Source: Chitinophagales bacterium
Lineage (GTDB): Bacteria > Bacteroidota > Bacteroidia > Chitinophagales > Chitinophagaceae
NCBI GenBank assembly: GCA_031425315.1
Contig: JANPJC010000283.1
Coordinates: 10,108-74,107 of the forward strand
Reading direction: 5' to 3'
DNA length: 64,000 nucleotides
The position numbers were made by a program, and so were the translations under genes. Each line of letters opens with the position of its first letter. The stretch's first letter is position 1. Shown here piece by piece: positions 39,857 to 48,521 of the stretch. Under the pieces are notes generated by a model. It had not been told where the DNA came from. It did not search any database and was given only the letters and a program-made list of their open reading frames with translations.

Positions 39857-41143
39857 TCAATGCCTTATTCCCGTATTGGAAGTTGCAAGGTTTCGATTAT
39901 CCCCCGATACCTTGTATCCTTTCCATCCAAAAAAGAAGATCACGATGAAACAAAACATAGGGATGAAATATCCATTCTGAATATTTCCGGTATAATCGCT
40001 GACATATCCAAAAATCCAGGGGATAACGGCACCACCAACAATTGACATAATAATCAAACTGCTGCCGAACTCTGTATCGCGGCCAAGTTTGTTGATACCT
40101 AATGCAAATATGGTGGGAAACATTATCGACATAAAAAAGCAGATTCCAATCACTGCGTAAATGGTATACATGCCATGAGCGAAAACCACACTACAACATA
40201 ATACTACGTTGATAGCCGCATACAATGCGAGTAAAGTTGGAGGTTTAATATATTTCATTAAAAAAGTTCCAAGGAAACGACCAATCAAAAACGCGATCCC
40301 ACAAGCACCTAAATAATCTGCTGCCATTACCTGCGTTATTGCAGCTGCATCCACTGCAAATAATATGAACAGGCTGAAAACTGAAACCTGTGCGCCAACA
40401 TAAAAAAACTGCGCCGCTACTGCCCACGAAAGATGTTTATGCCGAAGTGCATGAAAAATGTTTGCACCTTTTTCAGCCCCACCTTCAGTTTGCTGTATTG
40501 CCGGCAACTTGATAAATGCAAATACAATTGCAATCAACACCAAAACGATACCCAATACCAGATAAGGCATCTTAACAGATGATGCTTCTGAAGCCAGGGC
40601 AAATTGTTTCGCGGTATCAGTCATTTGAGCGAGCTCTTCGTCTGACGTACCTTTAGTAAGAATAATCCTTGCACCAATTACTGGAGCAAGTGCTGCAGCC
40701 AACCCGTTAAATGACTGCGCAAGATTGAGCCGCTGCGTAGAGGTTTCAGGGCTTCCCAATGAAGCGGCGTATGGATTTGCAGCTGTTTCAAGAATAGTGA
40801 GTCCACACGCTATAATAAACAGGGCAATTAAAAAAAATGAATACGACTGCTGATCTGCAGCAGGTAAAAATAAAAAACATCCGATGGCGAAAATCAGCAG
40901 GCCAATAATAATTCCAATCTTATAGCTGAACTTTTTCATGATATATCCTGCCGGTAGTGCCATTATAAAATACGCAATGAAAACAGCTGAATCAACCAGG
41001 GTCGACTGAGTAGTGGTTAATGTAAACGACTTTTTGAGGTGAGGGATTAAAATGGGGTCCAGGTTATGCGCAAAGCCCCAAAGAAAAAAAAGTGAAGTAA
41101 TCAGTATAAAGGCAAATCTATAATTGGATGTTGAAACTGGCAT
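39857..41143 (-). CDS. MFS sugar:H+ symporter, FucP (fucose/glucose/galactose permease) family
   Basis: 12-TM MFS. N-terminal LFFLWGFAHNLDPILIPHLKKSF is typical of FucP-family permeases. Confidence 0.8.
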   Translation of the reverse strand: MPVSTSNYRFAFILITSLFFLWGFAHNLDPILIPHLKKSFTLTTTQSTLVDSAVFIAYFIMALPAGYIMKKFSYKIGIIIGLLIFAIGCFLFLPAADQQSYSFFLIALFIIACGLTILETAANPYAASLGSPETSTQRLNLAQSFNGLAAALAPVIGARIILTKGTSDEELAQMTDTAKQFALASEASSVKMPYLVLGIVLVLIAIVFAFIKLPAIQQTEGGAEKGANIFHALRHKHLSWAVAAQFFYVGAQVSVFSLFILFAVDAAAITQVMAADYLGACGIAFLIGRFLGTFLMKYIKPPTLLALYAAINVVLCCSVVFAHGMYTIYAVIGICFFMSIMFPTIFALGINKLGRDTEFGSSLIIMSIVGGAVIPWIFGYVSDYTGNIQNGYFIPMFCFIVIFFFGWKGYKVSGDNRNLATSNTGIRH

Positions 41144-41502
41144 GCTGTTTTACTTTTCGTTGAATGCTGAAATTTAATCAATCGGATTACTACATCCTGA
41201 CATTTCTGCTTTTGAATGTGTATCCTGTTTACGCCTTAAAGATTGCGATTTAAATTGAAATTTTGAATGAATGGCCATTCCAATTCAACAACATTTCAAA
41301 AAAAATCAATTTTCATTGATAAACTGAAAGGGGGAATATGCAACATGCAGGTAATTAATATGCATCAGCTCAACCCCTTCATTTATGTTTACGGATCATC
41401 GTTCCCAGCAGTAAACCTACAGCGAAGCAAGTAAAATCAGTACCTTTATTAACTCAATATATTGTACTATATTAACATAGTAAATTTAAAACGATGTACA
41501 AA

Positions 41503-42350
41503 TGAGACCGGTTCTCCGCCAGGTTACTTCCAAACCGGAATATTCCTTTACTGTTAGAAAAGACGAAGGGGAGAACACGCTTAACAACTGGCACTATCAT
41601 CCGGAGATTGAAATACTCAATAAAAAAGAAGTGTGGGCAACTGGCTGATTGGAGATCATATCGGTCATTTTACAAGTAGAGATATAGTAATGATCGGCCC
41701 AAATCTTCCCCATTGTTTCCGGCTTGAATATGATTATATCATCAAAAAGAAGAGAAAGCCGGAGAATCCTTTTTTGTGTGAAGTTTTTACCTGAAACATA
41801 GGTCATGTTTTTCTTAGCCTGCCTGAAAACAAATCGATAAGGGAACTCAAGACGAAATGTGTAAGGGTGCTGCAAACTAAAGGAAAAGTGAAAAATGAGA
41901 TTGGTACCCTCTTTGAAAAAATGGCATCATGCTTTCCAGCCAAAAGGATCACTTACCTGCTTTCGGTTTTCGCTGACATAGCAGATAGCCGGGAATTTCA
42001 GTCACTTTTTTCTCCGGGATTTATTTTAACGACAGCTGATACTGACAAAGAAAGAATCAGATTAATTTTTGAATATTCAATCACCCGTTATGCAGAAAGA
42101 ATTACAATCGAAGAACTTGCTACTCTGTTCAGCATGATGCGACAATCTTTTATCAGGTATTTTAAAAGAAAAACCAATAAAACTTACGTCCGGTTTTTAA
42201 TGGAAGTGAATTGAACGTGCATGTAAATTATTGTTTGAAATGAAAAAACGTTGCTGAAATCAGCTATGCATGCGGTTATAATAATATCTCACATTTCAAT
42301 CATCAATTTAAAAATATTACTGGGAAAAAACATTGAAATAAAAGAGGGAT
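41503..42350 (+). pseudogene. AraC-family transcriptional regulator disrupted by multiple stops/frameshifts
   Basis: Frame 1 gives MRPVLRQVTSKPEYSFTVRKDEGENTLNNWHYHPEIEILNKKEVWATG* (AraC cupin). A second frame gives GDHIGHFTSRDIVMIGPNLPHCF. ORF 41867-42214 carries the AraC HTH start (ITIEELATLFSMMRQSFIRYFKRKTNKTYVRF), followed after a stop by the second HTH helix region. Confidence 0.6.
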
Positions 42351-43280
42351 TATATTAGTGAGCAGTAAGCAGTAAGTAGTGAGCAGTAAGCAGTGAGCAG
42401 TAAGTAGTGAGCAGTGAGCAGTAAGCAGTGAGCAGCCGATGGCTGTTATTTCTCCGTTAAACTCAAATGCTCCGTTCAACTCCGTGGCCAAAAAAAATTT
42501 ACTAACAAGAAAGTTTTAGTTTTCTAATGCACGCCACAGAGATAAGCTGAGGTTTTGAGATAAGCGGAGAAAAAATGGCGGTACAAATTATGGCAAATAT
42601 GATTGCTTAATAGAATTATTAGTTGCTAACCTCCGTTAATCTCAATTGCTCCGTTCAACTCCGTGGCCCAAAAAATCTACCATCAAGAAAATTTAAGTTT
42701 TCTAAGGCAAGCCACAGAGATAAGCTGAGGTTTTGAGATAAGCGGAGAAAAAAAGGCAATTCATTTTAGGACTAATATGAAAGCTTGATAGATTTGTTTA
42801 CTGTTATGCTCCGTTAAACTCAAATGCTCCGTTCAACTCCGTGGCCAAAAAATCTAACATCCAGAAAATTTAAGTTTTCTAAGGCAAGCCACAGAGATAA
42901 GCAGCGGTTTTGAGAGGAACGGAGAAAAAATGGCGATATAAATTATGGCAAATATGATTGCTTAATAGAATTATTCGTTGTTATCCTCCGTTAATCTCAA
43001 TTGCTCCGCTCAACTCCGTGGCCCAAAAAATCTACTATCACGAAAATTTAAGTTTTCTAATGCAGGCTACTGCTGTATTGGTTACAATTCTCTTGTGCCC
43101 AAGTGTTTTTTGCTACACGGAGGAACAGCCGGAGCTTAAATACAGGAGATTCACGGAGATAACTCAAGAATATTATATAGCCCGTTATCAGCTACTGTCT
43201 ACCTTCTACCAACTTTTGTATCGTCTGTTGCCTACTTTCTGTTTTCTACCGTCTACCTACTCTTGTATTGGCTGCTAACG
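42351..43280. repeat. complete composite repeat element: plus head (AGTGAGC/AGTAAGC)x13, four tandem ~175-185-bp hairpin units, minus head (GGTAGAC-type heptamers + core)
   Basis: Units start at ~42454, 42640, 42812 and 42985 with CTCCGTTAA(A/T)CTCAA(A/T)TGCTCCGTTCAACTCCGTGGCC paired to GCCACAGAGATAAGCTGAGGTTTTGAGATAAGCGGAG. CTCCGTGAATCTCCTGTAT module (reverse) at ~43110-43150. Reverse core CTTGTATTGGCTGC at 43262-43275. Confidence 0.85.
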
Positions 43281-43753
43281 TAAAACTGAATTGGCTCATC
43301 GAATACCCGGGCAGTTGAATCGAAATTGGGATACCTAGCCATAGGCATCAGCTGCCCTTCACAAAACAACTGATCCATTTTTAATCCTTTGCCAATCAGA
43401 GCCTGCTTTACATGGTCTTTGAAATTTTTCCCCTGAACTGCCAATGGAATCGCTCCGGAAATAATAACATTTTCATTCTTATATGCGCTAATTGCTAATT
43501 TCCGGCCGTCCAAATCCGCAGGAGCTATTTGTACAGTTTTGATTAACGGATAATTTCCCTCCCGAAAAAAAATAACCGCTGAATCACTTTTTACGCCAGC
43601 TACTTTTTGTAGGGCAGCCTCTAAAGTTTTCAGCGGTTTGCTGATAGTACCTGCGGCATTATCATTTCCACTTTCGGCCACAAATATGGTTTGTGAAAAA
43701 CAAATCATCACAGGCTGAAAAACGCAGAGGATCAATATTTTAATGAAATTCAT
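43253..43753 (-). CDS. N-terminal fragment of a right-handed beta-helix (pectate-lyase-like) secreted protein; C-terminus and stop provided by the repeat element
   Basis: Signal peptide + AESGNDNAAGTISKPLKTLEAALQK beta-helix N-cap, but only 166 aa. The last residues SSQYKSR* are encoded by the revcomp of the repeat core GCAGCCAATACAAGAGTAGGTAG. Confidence 0.5.
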   Translation of the reverse strand: MNFIKILILCVFQPVMICFSQTIFVAESGNDNAAGTISKPLKTLEAALQKVAGVKSDSAVIFFREGNYPLIKTVQIAPADLDGRKLAISAYKNENVIISGAIPLAVQGKNFKDHVKQALIGKGLKMDQLFCEGQLMPMARYPNFDSTARVFDEPIQFYVSSQYKSR

Positions 43754-43815
43754 TTTAACGTATTCTATTGCTTAAAAAGCAATGAATATAGTAAATGAAG
43801 TGATTAAAAATTCCG

Positions 43816-45255
43816 CTATTCCATCCTGTTCTTTTTGCTCCAGCTTTTATGCTTGGCTCCATCCATTTTTACAATCTTTGGTGTAAACCGTCCAACCACA
43901 TCTACTAATACCTGCTGACTTTTCATTACTGATTCAATATCCTTGTAAGCGAAAGGCGATTCATCCAACCCTCCTCCCATCAATTTCACTCCATGCATTG
44001 CCAGGATATCTTTCATCGCTTTTTCAGTAATTGACTGCAATGCCGCAGTTCTGCTCATTTTGCGCCCTGCACCATGTGAGGCTGATGATAGGGAAGACGG
44101 TTCTCCTTTTCCTTTTACAATAAAACCATCAGCCGTCATAGACCCAGGAATAATCCCTAAAACATTTTTTTCCGCAGGTGTCGCGCCCTTTCTGTGCACT
44201 ATCACTTCCCTGCCTTCAAACATTTCTTTCCAGGCAAAATTGTGATGGTTTTCCACCCGCACGATGGGTTGTTCTCCAAGCTGCAGAGCAATTTTATCAT
44301 GAATGATATGATGACATGCCGATGCATAGTCGCCTGCAAGTTTCATTGCAATCCAGTACTGTGCGCCTTCTTCTTCATCCAGGTTCAGCCATGCAAGGTT
44401 GGCAGCCTCGGATGGTAATCGCCTTTTTTCTTTTGCGATCTTAGTAAAATGATTGGCGATTGTTGCACCTAATCCACGTGAACCTGAATGCGACAACAAG
44501 CCCATATATTCACCAACAGGCAGTCCCAAAACATCATCCTGTTCTTTAATGTCTACGACACCAAATTCAACGAAATGATTTCCGGAGCCGGAGCTTCCTA
44601 ACTGCCGCCAAGCTTTATCCTGCAGTCCTTTGAGTAAAGGCACATCATTAAAAGCCGGATCTGTCAACACATCATGATCAGCAGGTTTCACAAATTGTGA
44701 ACCGTTTCCAAACAATGTGGCTTCATTCAGTTCACGAACAAAATACTGCTCACGCTTTTGCAATTCGCCTGGAGAAAGACTGAATACACTTAAACACATA
44801 CGGCATCCAATATCCACTCCCACGCCATATGGTATCACAGCATTTTCAGTAGCCAGCACCCCGCCGATTGGTAAACCATAACCGCTATGGGCATCCGGCA
44901 TTAATGCACCAGCCACCGCAACAGGTATTTTAGAAGCAGTTTGCATTTGCATTAAGGCCCCTTCCTCAATATGTTCAGCTCCAAATATCGAAAACGAAAT
45001 TCCCTGCTGATTTAAATCAATTGTTTCCCATGACGTTGGAGGTGGCGGCATAAAATAGTGAGCAATCAGTTGCAGCTTTTCATATTCCATATACTCAGAA
45101 GGTGCAGCCTGTATACGTTTCAGCAATTCAAGAACTTCTTCTTTATTGCTATGTTTAAACTGCTGCTGCATCACCTGCATGGCCACACTAATAACGGGCC
45201 CTTCAGGATATCCTATTGCCCGCAATTCTTTCCCGCTTAATTTTAATTTTGACAT
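43816..45255 (-). CDS. rtcB: RNA-splicing ligase RtcB
   Basis: 479 aa. Metal-binding and GAGR-type motifs (SASHGAGRKMS), HNFAWKE, NHAGVD-like core. Confidence 0.9.
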   Translation of the reverse strand: MSKLKLSGKELRAIGYPEGPVISVAMQVMQQQFKHSNKEEVLELLKRIQAAPSEYMEYEKLQLIAHYFMPPPPTSWETIDLNQQGISFSIFGAEHIEEGALMQMQTASKIPVAVAGALMPDAHSGYGLPIGGVLATENAVIPYGVGVDIGCRMCLSVFSLSPGELQKREQYFVRELNEATLFGNGSQFVKPADHDVLTDPAFNDVPLLKGLQDKAWRQLGSSGSGNHFVEFGVVDIKEQDDVLGLPVGEYMGLLSHSGSRGLGATIANHFTKIAKEKRRLPSEAANLAWLNLDEEEGAQYWIAMKLAGDYASACHHIIHDKIALQLGEQPIVRVENHHNFAWKEMFEGREVIVHRKGATPAEKNVLGIIPGSMTADGFIVKGKGEPSSLSSASHGAGRKMSRTAALQSITEKAMKDILAMHGVKLMGGGLDESPFAYKDIESVMKSQQVLVDVVGRFTPKIVKMDGAKHKSWSKKNRME

Positions 45256-45601
45256 CTTTCTTTTTTTTGCGCAATAACTTCAGAGCAATAATTATTCCTT
45301 TCATTATACCTCTTTTGTTATCGCAATTCATTTAAGCAATTCAATTAATAGATAAAATTTCTATGTCCGTGATTCAATGTCTTTGAAATAAGTATAATCC
45401 ACCTACTCAGCGGTGCTTTTTTGAACCACATAGACACATAATTAAATACAAAAGAATTTTCTATGTGCCCTCTATGCCTATGTGGCGGATGTTCCCTTGG
45501 GAGACTAATCTGCAAAAACAGTAAGTCTTGATTCGATCCGTTCCTTATTTCAACGACATTGATCCATGATTCACAAAACTTTAATTTTCAATTTTACACA
45601 T

Positions 45602-46702
45602 CTACTTTGCCGGCACAAACATTTGCTTCAACTGATCTGCCAACGCGCTGCTGCCATTGACGCTGATACTACTAATTTTTTCTGCGATCTTTTCCACGTA
45701 TTCCATCTCTTTCAATTTCCACAACATCGCATTTTCTTCCATCAGTTTTGCAGTATTCATCAAACTCCTGGTGCTGGCGGTCTCTTCCCTTCTCATGATA
45801 GTGTTAGCCTGCGCCTGCTTTTCAGCCACCATCACCCTGTTCATAATTTCCTTGATGTCACCTGGCAAAATGATATCCCTGATACCAAATGCAAAAACAG
45901 TCACGCCCAATTTCTCTGCCTGATCCTTTATTTTCTCAATCATAAATGCAGAAAGGGAATCTTTTTTCTCCAGCAATTCATCAAAACTATATCCAGCCAC
46001 AAATTCCCTTAATACCAGTTGCAGGCCAATATACAATTGCTTTTCAAATTCTTTATTCTGCAATAAAGCCTTTTCCACATCGGTTACAGCATACTGCGCC
46101 CACGCATTTAATCTCAAAGCAGCTTTGTCCCTGGTTAAAATTTCCTGCCCAGTTATTTCAAGCTGTAATTGCCTTGCATCAACTTTGTTTACCAAAATCG
46201 GTATGGCATTTTTCCACCAGCAATAAACGCCGCTTTCCAATATTCTGCTGAATTTCCCATCAACAAGTAATACCGCTTTTTCATAACTCTCTACTGCGTA
46301 TACCCGTACAAAAGGTGCAAGCACTTTATTCATCAGTATACTTCTGTCTGTTATCTCAGTAATTTCTGTTTTACTGATATCTACATATACAAATTCATAT
46401 TGCACCACAGATTTCCAGAAGCAATATCTGCCCGCGACCAATATCTCTTTCAACAATCCATTCACAAACAGTAATACCAGCTGGTTATCCTTCACTTCCA
46501 CTACCTGGAACTTAGCGGACAGCTGACTGTCACTTAAAAGAATATTTAACTCAACCGGTGGATTAAATGGTTCGGTCAGTTCAAATATTTTCACGGCTTT
46601 ATTACTCCTGATCCAGTATTTACCCGCAGTAAGAAACCTGCTGTAGGCGCCGTCTTTCAATAATAATCCAATCTGCCATTCATTGATAATAATCTTTCTC
46701 AT
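45602..46702 (-). CDS. slipin/SPFH (band-7) domain protein
   Basis: C-terminal SPFH-like region with coiled-coil (EKQAQANTIMRREETASTRSL). Confidence 0.65.
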   Translation of the reverse strand: MRKIIINEWQIGLLLKDGAYSRFLTAGKYWIRSNKAVKIFELTEPFNPPVELNILLSDSQLSAKFQVVEVKDNQLVLLFVNGLLKEILVAGRYCFWKSVVQYEFVYVDISKTEITEITDRSILMNKVLAPFVRVYAVESYEKAVLLVDGKFSRILESGVYCWWKNAIPILVNKVDARQLQLEITGQEILTRDKAALRLNAWAQYAVTDVEKALLQNKEFEKQLYIGLQLVLREFVAGYSFDELLEKKDSLSAFMIEKIKDQAEKLGVTVFAFGIRDIILPGDIKEIMNRVMVAEKQAQANTIMRREETASTRSLMNTAKLMEENAMLWKLKEMEYVEKIAEKISSISVNGSSALADQLKQMFVPAK

Positions 46703-47012
46703 ATCTGTTTGTTTTGGTTTTTTGTTATAAATGATTACTATAAGCCTTCAATTATCACGGGACATTACCTGTTTAAAAATTCGGTTACATCATTTCAACT
46801 TTCCCAAATGGCCGGGAAAACCAAAATCATTTAACATCCATCGTCAACATGGTGAGTCGCAGGTAAATCACTGAATGTAACCGGCAGCTTTTTTGCAAAC
46901 CACCATTACCGGCTTACAGTAACCATTTATGGATCGCCATTTGAGAAGTGGCGGACTTCGTTAGGTCTACAGCCTGAGTGTAGTGCTTTCGCCGCTAAGC
47001 TATTCCGCCATA

Positions 47013-47062
47013 AGCGGAAGCAGGAGTCGAACCTGCGTTTTGTTGCTCTACCATTAAGCTAC
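47013..47062 (-). other. tRNA-like remnant: D-arm-like GGTAGCTTAATGGTAGAGC + T-arm GCAGGTTCGACTCCTGC + TTCCGCT, but no anticodon arm
   Basis: Seen on the reverse complement. I could not fold a full cloverleaf (no matching 5' acceptor strand, only ~8 nt between D- and T-arms). Confidence 0.3.
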
Positions 47063-47065
47063 CGT

Positions 47066-47093
47066 TGTTACACGGGGAGGATTCGAACCTCCA
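47066..47093 (-). other. tRNA-like remnant: T-arm GGAGGTTCGAATCCTCC + 3' acceptor-like CCGTGTA
   Basis: Canonical T-stem/loop on the reverse strand, with no foldable upstream D/anticodon arms. Confidence 0.3.
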
Positions 47094-47384
47094 ACACACA
47101 TGCATAACCGATTCTTGCAATAGCATACAATTCGTTATTACGATTGCACTGTACTGGATACATCCAGCCACCCGGATTGCAAGTCATCTGGTTAAGACTA
47201 CTTCCCTTCCGGAAAGTCTCTTTCTGATATTTCTATCCAGTTAAATTATCTAAAGAACTCATTTTCAATTGATGATACAAAACTATCCGACCACTGTGCA
47301 ACCATTTTGCACAGTAAAAAGAAAAATGAATTATTTTTAAAAAAAGTTAGCATCAGAGGAAATCCGGGAGATTACAATTCAGTT

Positions 47385-48395
47385 ATGCCGATCAACAGAA
47401 ATGCACTCATTCGTTACAGAACAATTGACCGATGCCTGCAAAACAGGAGAAGAAAATGGTCGATAGAAGATTTGATGGATGCCTGTTCATCAAGTCTATA
47501 CGAAATTGATGGCGTCAATAAACCAATCAGTCTTCGCACCATCAGGCTCGACCTGAATATGATGCGGGGCGATAAACTGGGATACAATGCTCCCATCATC
47601 GTAAAAGAAAAAAAATATTATAGTTATGAGGACGCTGATTATTCCATTTCAAATATTCCATTAACCGGCAACGACCTTGATGTATTGAATGAAGTATCGC
47701 ATCTTCTGCAGCAATACAAAGGATTCAGCCATTTTCATGAAGTATCTGAAATCATCAGTAAGTTGGAAGACAAGATCTACAGTGAAAAAAATCATAATGT
47801 TTCATTGATTGATTTCGAAAAAAATGATTTGCTGGCAGGAATTGAATGGCTGGACATTTTATATAAAGCCACAGTTTCGAAAACTGCTATTCAGCTCTGT
47901 TATCAATCGTTTAAGGCCAGGGCTGCTACCGAAATTATAGTATACCCCTATCTCCTGAAAGAATACCGGAACAGGTGGTTTGTAGCGGCATCGAAGAAAA
48001 AGGAAAAGCATGTGAATATATTTGCGCTGGACAGGATTCAAAAAATAACGATTCTTCCATCAGAACCATTTTACCAAAACCCTGCCTTCGATCCCGCTAC
48101 ATGGTTTGCCGATATTATTGGTGTTACCAGAAATTCGGCCGAAAAACCAACAGAAATAAGGTTCCTGGCCAATCCCCTTCATGCACCCTATATTCAAACC
48201 AAACCTTTGCACCCCTCTCAGCAAATAATCGAAAAAACCAATCAAGGTATTGTATTCAGTATCTGCGTAATCCCCAATTTTGAATTGGAAAAAGAATTGC
48301 TGGGATTCGGCGAAGGAATAAAATTGTTATTCCCGGCGTACATGGTACGAAGAATTAATGGTAAAATTAAAAAAATGGCAAAGCTGTATATTTAA
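47385..48395 (+). CDS. WYL-domain HTH transcriptional regulator (start moved to MPINRNALIRYRTIDRCL)
   Basis: N-terminal wHTH signature, central WYL-like region, C-terminal WCX-like region. Confidence 0.65.
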   Translation: MPINRNALIRYRTIDRCLQNRRRKWSIEDLMDACSSSLYEIDGVNKPISLRTIRLDLNMMRGDKLGYNAPIIVKEKKYYSYEDADYSISNIPLTGNDLDVLNEVSHLLQQYKGFSHFHEVSEIISKLEDKIYSEKNHNVSLIDFEKNDLLAGIEWLDILYKATVSKTAIQLCYQSFKARAATEIIVYPYLLKEYRNRWFVAASKKKEKHVNIFALDRIQKITILPSEPFYQNPAFDPATWFADIIGVTRNSAEKPTEIRFLANPLHAPYIQTKPLHPSQQIIEKTNQGIVFSICVIPNFELEKELLGFGEGIKLLFPAYMVRRINGKIKKMAKLYI

Positions 48396-48521
48396 AAGTC
48401 AATAAACAACTTCCACAAAACAATTTCTGCTGCTGCAAACTCGATGTGTTTAAACATAATGATTAAAATCATATGTGTGCCCGATTAAAATCATCAGCCA
48501 CCCCTGCCCTTCCTTCTAATA

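Noticed and set aside
45566-46251. Plus-strand ORFs 45566-46012, 45657-45923, 45946-46251
   Set aside because: Fully overlapped by the minus-strand slipin gene, which has clear SPFH features. Low-complexity translations.
46990-47100. Calling intact tRNA genes from the GGTTCGACTCC / GGTTCGAATCC T-arm motifs
   Set aside because: I could not build a cloverleaf: no anticodon stem-loop and no matching 5' acceptor strand. They are reported as tRNA-like remnants pending tRNAscan-SE or ARAGORN.
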